From the sequence record OK283619.1: a stretch of 64,000 nt of DNA. One strand, given 5' to 3'. The translations under genes were made by a program, and so were the position numbers. Under the pieces are notes generated by a model, which was given only the letters and a program-made list of their open reading frames with translations, searched no databases and had not been told where the DNA came from. Below are positions 17,856 to 27,467 of this stretch, piece by piece (position 1 is the stretch's first letter; the number at the start of each line of letters is the position of its first letter). The stretch comes from Escherichia phage LPEK22.

Positions 17856-18554
17856 ATGGCCAGACCATTTGAAAAATATTTCTATCATGAATCATTGTTG
17901 AAATACATACATGTGTTCAACGCTATCATGTCAGATTTAAAAGTCAAAACCGAACGTGGCTTGATGGAAATCCCGCTGCATATGGCCATTGGCCGCCGTA
18001 ATGACCTCAACAGGAACGTGCCAGCCAATATGCTGCCATTTGCAACAATGTCCTTTGGTCAGTTCGAAATCAATAAACAGGTGACGAAGTCATACCACAA
18101 CCAAATATCGACCGCTACGGCACGGTCCAAACAACGCATTCCGATCATTATAGATTTTGAATACAATATCAGAACTAAAAAATTGGTCGAAATGTTGCAA
18201 GTATTAGAACAAATTTATTCTGTGTTCACTCCTTCTGTTGACTGTCAGATAAAGGACAACGATACTTTATCTCAAGATCAGAACGTGAAGATAATGTTGG
18301 TAAATCACACGATTTCTGACAACTGGGAAGGGGACGCAACAGAATCACCACACATAGATTGTTCATTCAATTTTCAATTACATGGTCACATCTATGGAGA
18401 AGATTATTGGGTTGATGATGGTTCGGGCGGTGGGGATCCAAACGTCATCAAAGAGATAATTATTGAAATGTCTAATGATTTGAACATGCCATGGTCGGAA
18501 CTTCCTGAGTGGTTCCGAGTTGATAAAGACGGCATACATCATCCGGAGGATTGA
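17856..18554 (+). CDS. Tail sheath stabilizer / tail completion protein, T4 gp15-like
   Basis: N-terminus (FEKYFYHESLLKY...) and FEYNIRTKKLVEMLQVLEQIYSVFTP resemble T4 gp15 as recalled. Position between gp14 and terminase. Confidence 0.75.
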   Translation: MARPFEKYFYHESLLKYIHVFNAIMSDLKVKTERGLMEIPLHMAIGRRNDLNRNVPANMLPFATMSFGQFEINKQVTKSYHNQISTATARSKQRIPIIIDFEYNIRTKKLVEMLQVLEQIYSVFTPSVDCQIKDNDTLSQDQNVKIMLVNHTISDNWEGDATESPHIDCSFNFQLHGHIYGEDYWVDDGSGGGDPNVIKEIIIEMSNDLNMPWSELPEWFRVDKDGIHHPED

Positions 18555-18556
18555 TC

Positions 18557-19237
18557 ATGAGCAATATGTCAGAAAGGTTACTCGCCACGCTTGATGCAGT
18601 GACCGCCCGAGACGAAGTCGGGAAGGAGGCGATGGAGGCTGTCGCCCCTCGTCCAGGTATTGACTTCGATGAAAATACAGGTGAATGGTTTGGTGAACGT
18701 CCGGAAGGGTATCAGCCGATTCCTGAACCTCCTTCATTGGAGGATATTGCTTCCAAGGAATCCAAAGTACCTGAGTTTGCGGACACTGATGCTACAACGG
18801 ATTACAAACGGATACGCGACACAACATATGCCATGCAAGAAGCCACAATGTTCATGATGGGACAAGCCGCTAAATTGGCTGCATCCACAGAAGCTCCGCG
18901 AGCATTTTCTGTTTTCCGTGAATTGGGTGAACTCATGCGCGGTCTGAATAAAGACTTGATGGAAAACCAGAAAACCATCAAGGCAGTAACAGGTGATAAA
19001 GAACCACCTGTTGATGACACGACAGTGGATGTTACAACTTCACCAGACGGAACAACAACAGTATCGGTTGGGAAAAAGGCGCGATCTTCTCGCGATTTAT
19101 TGAAGACGATTGAAGATGCCCGCCGTCGCGCTGAAGAAAGATCACAAGCAAAGGCCGCACAACAACCAGAAGATGAAATCATTGATGGTGAAACAGTTGA
19201 TGTGAAGGAAGAAGACGATGGCGTATCAGAAGCGTGA
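18557..19237 (+). CDS. Terminase small subunit, T4 gp16-like
   Basis: ATG at 18557 after RBS ggagga (track start at 18551 is TTG). Position immediately upstream of, and overlapping, the large terminase. Weak similarity to T4 gp16. Confidence 0.65.
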   Translation: MSNMSERLLATLDAVTARDEVGKEAMEAVAPRPGIDFDENTGEWFGERPEGYQPIPEPPSLEDIASKESKVPEFADTDATTDYKRIRDTTYAMQEATMFMMGQAAKLAASTEAPRAFSVFRELGELMRGLNKDLMENQKTIKAVTGDKEPPVDDTTVDVTTSPDGTTTVSVGKKARSSRDLLKTIEDARRRAEERSQAKAAQQPEDEIIDGETVDVKEEDDGVSEA

Positions 19238-21428
19238 TATAGAATATGCCCCAATTAAAACGGGGTTCAAAATAGACGATGTGAAATTGCGTATGGACCA
19301 AACGTTCATGCGCAAACCTTCTGTGCGTGCTCCCCGAGTCGAGTTAATGCTGACAGATGAACAAGAAGACGAATTCGTTGAATGTTCAATGGACGCGCAT
19401 TACTTCGCCGCCAACTATTACAAGATAACCACGATCGATAAAGGCTTTATCCTTTTCGATATGCATGATTATCAGAAGCAGTTGTTCCATGACTTTCAGG
19501 ACTATCGATTCAATGCGGTCGTCCAGGCTCGTCAGTCCGGTAAATGCGTCCGTGGTGATACTCTTGTTTATGTCTATGATACAATCAGTCAACAAGAGTT
19601 GCATCTCACCATAGAAGAGCTTCACAAGCGCTTCGAAGGACCTAACCATGCTGTGCCACTGAATACCATTGGCAACCACAATAAGTTTGTAGACAGCCGT
19701 TTCGGGAAACGATATTTTGTTGAGTCCGACACTGGCTGGGTTCCGGTTATTGCCGCTCATAAAACGAAAGAATACGCTGAATACGTTGTCAGGACTGAAA
19801 CCGGACGCACAATTCATGTCGCAGATGAGCACATGTTCTTCAATGAATATGGGCGCGAAGTATTTGCTAAAGACATGGAGGCCGGAGATGCCATAATGAC
19901 CCAGGAGGGAATAGAATTCATCTCTGAGATCTGGGAGACTGGTGAGTACCACCACATGTATGACTTGCAAGTCAAGTCCAGCGATCAACGTTATTACACG
20001 AATGGGTTCCTCAGCCATAATACCACGGTCGTGGCTGCGTTTCTTCTTTGGTATGCGATGTTCCACTCAGACAAAGAAATCGCGGTACTGGCAAACAAAG
20101 AGAAACAAGCGATTGAAATTCTTGACCGTATCAGGAAGGCGTATCAGGACCTCCCATTCTTCCTTCAGCAGGGTTGTGAGAAGTTTGGTTCTACACTGAT
20201 AGAGTTTGAGAACGGCTCTAAGATATATGCTTATGCAACGTCTTCGGACTCTATTCGTGGTCGTTCTGTATCTCTCTTGTACGTGGACGAAGTAGCGTTC
20301 ATCGAAAATGACTTTGAATTTTGGGAATCAACATTCCCAGCGATCGCATCTGCTGATACTTCACGTTGTATCCTGACCAGTACTCCGAAAGGCCAGCGAG
20401 GGTTGTTCTACGATATCGTTACAAAAGCCGACCCACGCCATCCACAATACAACGATTTCCATCTTACCGAAGTCCCTTGGTACAAGGTTCCGGCGTACAC
20501 CAAAGACCCTGATTGGGAAACCAAACAACGCGCTCGTCTGGGGGATGCTCGTTTCGATCAAGAATTTGGCATTAAGTTCCGTGGTTCCGTGGGTTCATTG
20601 ATTCCGGCCAAATGCTTAGATAAAATGACGTCCAAGTTGTATCGGGAACCTAATGAATTCACCAAGATTTATAAGGAATACGACCCACAACGTCTCTACT
20701 TTGGGATTGCGGACACTGGGAAGGGGGTGGAAGGAGATTATTCCGTCTTAACAATTCTGGATATAACTGAATATCCGCATGTCATAGCAGCCAAGTACAG
20801 GAATAACACGATACCTCCTATGATGTATGCATACACGATAGCTGATATGTGCACCGAATACGGGGAATGCCCTGTCCTTGTTGAAACAAACAACGACGTC
20901 GGTGGACAGGTTATCACGATCTTGTATCAAGAAATTGAGTATCCAGAGATCATATTCACGTCGACGGATAACAAAGGGACAGGGAAACGGATTGGTGGTC
21001 GTAAACCAGAGCCAGGCATTAACACCAACAGGAAAGTGCGATCTATTGGTTGTGCTAACCTGAAAGCGCTTATTGAGAAAGAAATGTTGGTGATCGAAGA
21101 CCAAGACACGATAGATGAACTCAGCACATTCGTGTTCCGTGGTGCGCGTTATGAAGCAGATGATGGATGCCACGACGACTGCGTTATGCCGTTGGTATTA
21201 TATTCTTGGGCAGTTAAACAAGAATGGTTCAGTGATCTGACTTCTACCAGTATTTCTCAAGACATGAGAAATAGAATGTCTTCGACTGAGTCACAACAAG
21301 TATTCCCGTTTGGTGGTTTAGTCGTGGGAGACACTCCATCTGGAACTGAGCATCTCCCTGGGTTCGGTGGTGTTCAAGTCTTCGACGAACGTTCAGGGAT
21401 GACAATGGACGAGTGGTTTAAGAATTGA
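19218..21428 (+). CDS. Terminase large subunit, T4 gp17-like, interrupted by an in-frame mini-intein
   Basis: Exteins join as ARQSGK|TTVVAAFLLW, matching the T4 gp17 Walker A (SRQLGKTTVVAIFL). Downstream ATPase and nuclease regions are colinear with gp17. Confidence 0.9.
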   Translation: MAYQKRDIEYAPIKTGFKIDDVKLRMDQTFMRKPSVRAPRVELMLTDEQEDEFVECSMDAHYFAANYYKITTIDKGFILFDMHDYQKQLFHDFQDYRFNAVVQARQSGKCVRGDTLVYVYDTISQQELHLTIEELHKRFEGPNHAVPLNTIGNHNKFVDSRFGKRYFVESDTGWVPVIAAHKTKEYAEYVVRTETGRTIHVADEHMFFNEYGREVFAKDMEAGDAIMTQEGIEFISEIWETGEYHHMYDLQVKSSDQRYYTNGFLSHNTTVVAAFLLWYAMFHSDKEIAVLANKEKQAIEILDRIRKAYQDLPFFLQQGCEKFGSTLIEFENGSKIYAYATSSDSIRGRSVSLLYVDEVAFIENDFEFWESTFPAIASADTSRCILTSTPKGQRGLFYDIVTKADPRHPQYNDFHLTEVPWYKVPAYTKDPDWETKQRARLGDARFDQEFGIKFRGSVGSLIPAKCLDKMTSKLYREPNEFTKIYKEYDPQRLYFGIADTGKGVEGDYSVLTILDITEYPHVIAAKYRNNTIPPMMYAYTIADMCTEYGECPVLVETNNDVGGQVITILYQEIEYPEIIFTSTDNKGTGKRIGGRKPEPGINTNRKVRSIGCANLKALIEKEMLVIEDQDTIDELSTFVFRGARYEADDGCHDDCVMPLVLYSWAVKQEWFSDLTSTSISQDMRNRMSSTESQQVFPFGGLVVGDTPSGTEHLPGFGGVQVFDERSGMTMDEWFKN
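19545..20021 (+). mobile_element. Mini-intein (159 aa) inserted between the Lys and Thr of the terminase P-loop
   Basis: Begins with Cys (CVRGDTLVYVYD), ends with His-Asn (NGFLSHN), +1 residue is Thr. Contains a TxxH-type block B (GRTIHVADEH). No LAGLIDADG or HNH endonuclease domain evident. Confidence 0.85.
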
Positions 21429-21431
21429 TCA

Positions 21432-21438
21432 CTAAATA
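21432..21438 (+). promoter_or_regulatory. Late-promoter-like motif upstream of the sheath gene
   Basis: cactaaatatc. Confidence 0.45.
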
Positions 21439-21480
21439 TCTTTCAAATTGAGCGAAACTCTACCGAGAAGGAATAACATT

Positions 21481-23376
21481 ATGGCAACTCAAAGCTTCAG
21501 CGTTGCGCCGTCCGTTCAGTGGACTGAGCGTGATGCCACGCTTCAGACGTCCCCGTCCGTTGTTGTTCAGGGCGCGACCGTCGGCAAATTTCAATGGGGT
21601 GAAGTTGAACTTCCAGTGCTGGTGACTGGTGGTGAGACAGGTTTGGTGAAGAAATTCTTCAAACCCAACGACAGTACTGCGACAGATTTCCTTGTGATTG
21701 CAGACTTTTTGTCTTACAGCTCTATGGCATGGGTGACTCGTGTTGTTGGTCCTCTGGCCAAGAACTCTGTCACCAAAGGCCAGACAGCCATCACGATCAA
21801 AAACAAGCTGGATTTTGAAACAGCAAGTCCGTCAGCGTCTATCACTTGGGCTGGTCGTTATCCAGGTTCCCTGGGTAATGATATTGCTATCAATGTTTGT
21901 GACTCCGCTGGATTTCCGACCTGGGAATTCCGCAACAACTTTGCGTACGCACCTCAGTCTGGTGAATTCCATGTTGTGGTTGTAGACAAAGTTGGGCGCA
22001 TTACTGACTCTGAAGGCGCAGTCGGTCAGGTTGATCGTATATCTGTTTCTGGCACGGCAACTGCAGCTGGCACCATCAGTGTGGCAGGTGAAGATATTGC
22101 ATATCTGGATACTGATACTCCGGCCACTTTGGCGACCAAAATCGGCGCGGCGCTGACGGCGCTGACAGATGTTTATTCTTCTGTCGTTGTTAAGTCTAAC
22201 ACTGTCATCGTGACCCATAAAGCTATTGGTCCCCAGACAGTTACTGCTATTGTTCCAGATGATAAGGGGCTGACTGCAACCGCCGTGATTACCACTGTTG
22301 GCGCATCTGGTTCTATTATCGAAAAATACGAACTCATGCAGAACACACAGGGTTCCAAAAAGTCCGATGGCGCGAATGCGTACTTCAAAGATGTCATCAA
22401 TGATACATCAAATTGGGTGTACACCTTCGCTACCGCTCTGGCCGCAGGTGTTGTTGAATTAGAAGGCGGCGTAGACGATTATAACATCAACCGCGTGGCG
22501 GCTATCCAAGTCTTGAACAATGCCGAAGCATATGATGCGAAGCCAGTATTTGCATACTGTGAAGAGTTGATTGAGCAACAAGCATTGATCGACTTATCTA
22601 CTGAGCGAAAAGATACAGTATCTTTCGTATCCCCGCTCCGTGATACGGTTGTTGGCAACCGTGGTCGTGAAATGGATGATGTCGTTGCTTGGCGTGAAAG
22701 CCTTGTTCGCGACTCTTCTTATTTCTTCATGGATGATAACTGGGCATATGTGTACGACAAGTACAACGACAAAATGCGTTGGATTCCGGCTTGTGGTGGC
22801 ACCGCAGGTGTTTGGGCGCGAAGCATTGAAATCGCGGGTATCTACAAATCTCCGGCGTTCCACAACCGTGGTAAATACAACAACTATAATCGAATGGCGT
22901 GGTCTGCGTCTTCTGATGAACGTGCTGTGTTGTACCGCAATCAGATCAACAGCATCGTAACCTTCTCCAATGAAGGCATCGTCCTGTATGGTGACAAAAC
23001 TGGCCTGACCCGCCCGTCGGCGTTTGACCGTATCAACGTTCGTGGCCTGTTCATCATGGCTGAGCAGAACATCGCCGCAATCGCCAAATACTATCTTGGT
23101 GAGAACAATGACGCGTTTACACGTAGTCTGTTCAGCAATGCGGTTCGTCCATATATTCGCCAGCTGGCAAATATGGGCGCGATTTACGATGGTAAAGTCA
23201 AGTGTGATGAAGATAACAACACTGCTGATGTCATTGCGGCAAACCAAATGGTTGCTGGTATCTGGTTGAAGCCTGAGTACAGCATAAATTGGGTGTATCT
23301 TGACTTTGCTGCAGTTCGACCAGATATGGAGTTCAGCGAAATCGAATCCGGTGGCGGCATCGTTGCTGCTTCATAA
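21481..23376 (+). CDS. Tail sheath protein, T4 gp18-like
   Basis: YDKYNDKMRWIP and LYGDKTGLTRPSAFDRINVRGLF match T4 gp18 motifs as recalled. ATG at 21481 with RBS gaagga (track start at 21448 is TTG). Confidence 0.9.
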   Translation: MATQSFSVAPSVQWTERDATLQTSPSVVVQGATVGKFQWGEVELPVLVTGGETGLVKKFFKPNDSTATDFLVIADFLSYSSMAWVTRVVGPLAKNSVTKGQTAITIKNKLDFETASPSASITWAGRYPGSLGNDIAINVCDSAGFPTWEFRNNFAYAPQSGEFHVVVVDKVGRITDSEGAVGQVDRISVSGTATAAGTISVAGEDIAYLDTDTPATLATKIGAALTALTDVYSSVVVKSNTVIVTHKAIGPQTVTAIVPDDKGLTATAVITTVGASGSIIEKYELMQNTQGSKKSDGANAYFKDVINDTSNWVYTFATALAAGVVELEGGVDDYNINRVAAIQVLNNAEAYDAKPVFAYCEELIEQQALIDLSTERKDTVSFVSPLRDTVVGNRGREMDDVVAWRESLVRDSSYFFMDDNWAYVYDKYNDKMRWIPACGGTAGVWARSIEIAGIYKSPAFHNRGKYNNYNRMAWSASSDERAVLYRNQINSIVTFSNEGIVLYGDKTGLTRPSAFDRINVRGLFIMAEQNIAAIAKYYLGENNDAFTRSLFSNAVRPYIRQLANMGAIYDGKVKCDEDNNTADVIAANQMVAGIWLKPEYSINWVYLDFAAVRPDMEFSEIESGGGIVAAS

Positions 23377-23384
23377 AAATGACC

Positions 23385-23411
23385 AACCCCGCTTCGGCGG
23401 GGTTTTCCTTT
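23385..23411 (+). terminator. Rho-independent terminator after the sheath gene
   Basis: ccccgcttcggcgggg hairpin plus T-run. Confidence 0.8.
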
Positions 23412-23434
23412 GTCTTATTGATTTGAGTTATTGA

Positions 23435-23893
23435 ATGATATACGCATACAAAATTGAAACGATAACTAATGGAAAGGTCTACATCGGTGTGACCAATCAC
23501 CCACAACGAAGATATGATCAGCATTTTGCGAATGCTTTTCATCATGGAGTCCAAAGTGAATTGTATGATGCTATGCGTAAGTATGGAACATCTGGATTTA
23601 CTTTCGTTGTAATTGCTCAGACCGATGAAGTCCATAAATGGGAATTAGAGAAGCAACTCATCGCTCAATATAATTCTTATGAGATGGGTTACAACATGAA
23701 TAAAGGCGGTAATGATGGAAGTCATATGCTGGGTAAAACTGCAGCAAAATTGACATCCACAGGTGAACACATTGGTCTTGTTTCTCTCATAGATCCCCGT
23801 TGGGAATTGTGTGAAATCGAACCTGTTTCAAGTAATGTTCATCATGGTTTCGATCTTTCTTCCATGAAGATTAAAAGATTGACGACTAATTAG
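23435..23893 (+). CDS. Free-standing GIY-YIG homing-endonuclease-like protein (152 aa)
   Basis: N-terminal IYAYKIETITNGKVYIGVTNHPQRRYDQH carries the GIY...YIG...R...H core. Inserted between the sheath and tube genes, downstream of a terminator. Confidence 0.7.
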   Translation: MIYAYKIETITNGKVYIGVTNHPQRRYDQHFANAFHHGVQSELYDAMRKYGTSGFTFVVIAQTDEVHKWELEKQLIAQYNSYEMGYNMNKGGNDGSHMLGKTAAKLTSTGEHIGLVSLIDPRWELCEIEPVSSNVHHGFDLSSMKIKRLTTN

Positions 23894-23923
23894 AATTGTG
23901 TACTCTTATTTGGAGATATAAAA

Positions 23924-24457
23924 ATGGCGACAGTCAATGAGTTTCGCGCAGCCATGTCACGAGGGGGCGGCGTACAACGCCAACACCGCTGGCGTGTGAC
24001 TGTAAACTTTCCTTCTTTTGTTGCTGGTTCCGACACAATTCGTGACGTGTCCTTGCTGGCTGTAACCACCAACACCCCAACAGGTCAGCTGGGCGAAATT
24101 CTGGTGCCCTGGGGTGGTCGTGAACTTCCGTTCCCAGGGGATCGTCGTTTCGAAGCGCTTCCTGTGACGTTCATTAACGTGGTGAACAACGCTCCATACA
24201 ATGCTTTTGAAGTGTGGCAGCAATTCATCAACGGTAGTGAAAACAACCGCGCCAGCGCGAATCCAGATGATTATTTCCGTGATATCATCATGGAACTTCT
24301 GGACGCGAATGACAACGTGACTAAGACATGGACTTTACAGGGCGGCTGGCCTCAAAACCTCGGCCAACTGGAACTCGATATGTCGGCAATGGACTCTTAC
24401 ACACAGTTCACTGTCGACTTGCGTTATTTCCAAGCCGTTTCTGACAAGTCATTGTAA
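23924..24457 (+). CDS. Tail tube protein, T4 gp19-like
   Basis: C-terminal WTLQGGWPQNLGQLELDMSAMDSYTQFTVDLRYFQA parallels T4 gp19 (GLWPTNVGELQLDWDS...FEVTLALDYWE). RBS tggagat. Confidence 0.8.
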   Translation: MATVNEFRAAMSRGGGVQRQHRWRVTVNFPSFVAGSDTIRDVSLLAVTTNTPTGQLGEILVPWGGRELPFPGDRRFEALPVTFINVVNNAPYNAFEVWQQFINGSENNRASANPDDYFRDIIMELLDANDNVTKTWTLQGGWPQNLGQLELDMSAMDSYTQFTVDLRYFQAVSDKSL

Positions 24458-24524
24458 TGTCCTCGGTGCTGGGGGAATGTTATTCCCCCTCACTAATTAC
24501 AAGAAAACGTTGAGGACTTAGATC

Positions 24525-26207
24525 ATGGCTGGATACGGCATGGGGTTCTTCGGTTTGTTTGGTGGCGGCGGTTTAGTCAATGCCAAAGTCGACACCGATA
24601 AGTTAGCCCAAAAACAAGATGAATTGTTGCTCACCAAGGCGACAGTTGTTGCTCTGGACGATGCTCAAGACGGTTCTATAATCCTTCAGGGCGGTGCAAA
24701 CACCTACAACTATGTTGGCGTTGAGAGTGAACTTCTCAGCGTTAAAACAGTTGTGGAAGAATATCAGTCCATGGCTCAACAGCCTGAAATTCGCAAAGCT
24801 GTGGACATTATTGTCAATGATGTTGTCACCTGTGAGGAAGATGAAACTCCAGTGACAGTAAACCTTGACAAAGTTGAAGGGATATCTGATACTGTTAAAG
24901 AATCTATCACCGAATGCTTCAAAGAAGTTATGCACTTGATGGACTTTGACAATACAGCATATCAGAAGATCCGGAAATGGTATGTTGACGGTCGACAAGC
25001 ATATCATGTCATCGTTGATCCCACGAATAAAAAAGGCGGGATCAAGAAATTGGTTATGCTTGATTCTCGTTGCATTCGTCCTGTCTATATCGTTGAGAAG
25101 GCGATGCGTGAAGGCGGTATTGAAGCAATAGAATCTGTAACATTGAAGTATTATTACAACCCGAATTATAATCGAAACCAATTCACTGGCCAATCTGGTA
25201 CTTCTCAAAACTTCCAGCCTTCACAGCAAGAACTCGTATTCGATGACGAAAGCATTGTTTACATCGATAGTGGTGAAGAGCCATTGGCCAATGGTATTGT
25301 CCCAGGCCTTTTAAATCCTGCTATCCGTCCGTTGAACAACCTGGTTACGACTGAAGATGCGACTGTAATTTATGCCATCACTCGCGCCCCTGAGAAACGC
25401 GCATTCTATCTTGACGTCGGTACTCTCGGTAAGAAATCTGCTGAAGAATACATGACCATGATGATGGGTAAATTCAAAAACCGCAACGCATATGACCGCA
25501 CCACTGGTAAGATAACAGGTAATGCCCATCTTATGGGTATTGCAGAGGATTATTGGTTGCCGCGCCGCGAAGGTCAGAATGCTACAGAGATTGCGACTGT
25601 TGGGGGTGGGAATCAATTGGGCGAAATGGATCACGTGAACTATTTCCGTGAAAAACTCTATGATGCTCTAATGATCCCTAAGAGCCGCCTCCAAGAGGAA
25701 GGATCTATTAACATTGGGGGTTCTAACCTTGCGGAGATTACACAGGAAGAGCTGCGCTTCAGCAAGTTCTGTGCTGGGTTACGACGCCGTTACTCCCATT
25801 TCTTTATGGAATTCTTGCGCCGCCAGTTAATTTTGAAAGGCGTTACGGATGAAAAGGATTGGAATGAGAAGATCAAACCGTTTATAAAGTTTGAATTCAC
25901 ATCCGATAGTTACATTCGTGAACAACAAGAAAACGCTATCTTGAATGATCGTCTGGCTTCATTGAACACTGTTGAGCCATTTGTTGGTTCCATTTTCTCC
26001 ATAGACTACGTCATGAGAAATGTATTGCGTATGTCTGATGAAGAAGTTAAAGAACAACAAACGAAGATCGCGGAAGAGAAGAAGAAAGGTCTCTATCCGA
26101 AGGTTCAAGCAGATGAAACTGGCAATTATAGCGGTTCAGATGTTAGTCCGTTGAAGTTTAAACCTGAGACTATCCCATTCTCCGGTTCAACAGACGATAG
26201 TATTTAA
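24525..26207 (+). CDS. Portal protein, T4 gp20-like
   Basis: AITRAPEKRAFYLDVGTLGKKSAEEYM...YDRTTGKITGN...EDYWLPRREGQNATEI aligns with T4 gp20 as recalled. Confidence 0.9.
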   Translation: MAGYGMGFFGLFGGGGLVNAKVDTDKLAQKQDELLLTKATVVALDDAQDGSIILQGGANTYNYVGVESELLSVKTVVEEYQSMAQQPEIRKAVDIIVNDVVTCEEDETPVTVNLDKVEGISDTVKESITECFKEVMHLMDFDNTAYQKIRKWYVDGRQAYHVIVDPTNKKGGIKKLVMLDSRCIRPVYIVEKAMREGGIEAIESVTLKYYYNPNYNRNQFTGQSGTSQNFQPSQQELVFDDESIVYIDSGEEPLANGIVPGLLNPAIRPLNNLVTTEDATVIYAITRAPEKRAFYLDVGTLGKKSAEEYMTMMMGKFKNRNAYDRTTGKITGNAHLMGIAEDYWLPRREGQNATEIATVGGGNQLGEMDHVNYFREKLYDALMIPKSRLQEEGSINIGGSNLAEITQEELRFSKFCAGLRRRYSHFFMEFLRRQLILKGVTDEKDWNEKIKPFIKFEFTSDSYIREQQENAILNDRLASLNTVEPFVGSIFSIDYVMRNVLRMSDEEVKEQQTKIAEEKKKGLYPKVQADETGNYSGSDVSPLKFKPETIPFSGSTDDSI

Positions 26208-26214
26208 AGTTCAA

Positions 26215-26221
26215 CTAAATA
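26215..26221 (+). promoter_or_regulatory. Late-promoter-like motif upstream of the prohead core genes
   Basis: aactaaatata. Confidence 0.4.
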
Positions 26222-26248
26222 TAGAAAATTAATTCGGAGATCAAAATC

Positions 26249-26419
26249 ATGAGCGCAATTGATATCGTTCGTGCAGTAATTGACGGTGACACTGAAACTG
26301 CTGTTGCAGAATGCAACATGGAACTTGATGCACGTAGTCAAGAACTATTAAACCAAGGCACAGCATATGTTCTGGATTCTATCGCAGCTGATATGAATTC
26401 AAACAACAACGGCCAGTAA
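26249..26419 (+). CDS. Small acidic protein (56 aa), prohead core gp67-like by position
   Basis: ATG with RBS, between portal and protease as in T4 (20-67-68-21). Not in the ORF track because it is under 60 aa. Confidence 0.35.
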   Translation: MSAIDIVRAVIDGDTETAVAECNMELDARSQELLNQGTAYVLDSIAADMNSNNNGQ

Positions 26420-26427
26420 GGAGATGC

Positions 26428-26745
26428 ATGATGGAAATCACAGAGATCGCCACGTTCGCTGATTTCCTGGCCTCTCGTATGGACGAGCAGCGAGTCATCG
26501 ATAAAGTGAACGCTCGTGGTAAACGCCGCCGCCGCTTGAAATGTGCCCCTGGGTTCAAATTGTCGGCTGATGGTTCACGTTGTGAAGTCATGGATGCCAG
26601 CGAACGTCGTGTGCGCAAAATCGGCAACCGAAAAGCTCTTCGCTCCAAAAAGCGTATGGGTATGGGCTACCAACGAAAAATCGAGCGTCGTAAGAAAAAG
26701 GCTATGAAGTTCCGCAAAATGATGGGACTGAGTAAGAACAAGTAA
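26428..26745 (+). CDS. Highly basic small protein (105 aa), prohead core / internal protein (gp68-like by position)
   Basis: Very high Arg/Lys content (RGKRRRRLK...RKKKAMKFRK). RBS aaggag. Confidence 0.5.
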   Translation: MMEITEIATFADFLASRMDEQRVIDKVNARGKRRRRLKCAPGFKLSADGSRCEVMDASERRVRKIGNRKALRSKKRMGMGYQRKIERRKKKAMKFRKMMGLSKNK

Positions 26746-26752
26746 GGAGTTT

Positions 26753-27421
26753 ATGATGAAACTGTTGCGTGAGATCACAGCGATAGGGAAGGATCTTCAA
26801 ATCGGTGAGGATACGACCTCAACTGGTGGGAAGGCCATGTTCATCGAAGGTCCGTTTGTGATGTGTAACCAAGTAAACCGGAACGGGCGTAACTATGATC
26901 TACAGAAAGTGGGTATCCCTGCTGTCGAAGCATATGACAAAGAGTATATCCAAGATCGTCGCGCAATCGGTGAAGTCACACATCCTGACTATCCTTTCCC
27001 TAATCTGGTGGAAGCAGCGCTCAAAACCGAATCCCTTCGCTGGGAAGGCACCAATGCCATCGGTCGGGCGCGAATTTTAAATACACCAAAAGGCCAAATC
27101 ATACGTGCATTGGCTGAAGCAGACTTCAATCTGGCCGTGTCTACACGTGGTCTGGGTGAGACCAAGTCAGTAAACGGTTATGACGACGTTCAACCTGGCT
27201 TTATGCTCACCGCTGTTGATGCAGTCGACCGTCCTTCTGGACAAGTTTGTTATGTTAAGGCTGTGAGTGAATCTGTTGAATGGCAGCTTGATGAGGCTTC
27301 TGGTATTTGGATGCCTCGGGATGTTAAAGGAAACGTTGTTGATCAGTTGGTGAAAGCCAATATTCAAGTAGAAGACGACTTCCTGCGCCGCCTTGATGCA
27401 GCATTGAATCATCTGGGCTGA
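26753..27421 (+). CDS. Prohead core protease, T4 gp21-like
   Basis: AIGEVTHP, GRARIL and VSTRGLGE parallel T4 gp21 (ALGELNHP, GRARVI, VSSRGLGS). Confidence 0.85.
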   Translation: MMKLLREITAIGKDLQIGEDTTSTGGKAMFIEGPFVMCNQVNRNGRNYDLQKVGIPAVEAYDKEYIQDRRAIGEVTHPDYPFPNLVEAALKTESLRWEGTNAIGRARILNTPKGQIIRALAEADFNLAVSTRGLGETKSVNGYDDVQPGFMLTAVDAVDRPSGQVCYVKAVSESVEWQLDEASGIWMPRDVKGNVVDQLVKANIQVEDDFLRRLDAALNHLG

Positions 27422-27432
27422 AATTCAGCTCA

Positions 27433-27439
27433 CTAAATA
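27433..27439 (+). promoter_or_regulatory. Late-promoter-like motif upstream of the scaffold gene
   Basis: cactaaatact. Confidence 0.45.
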
Positions 27440-27467
27440 CTGAAAAATCGTTCAGAAGGAAACTATC

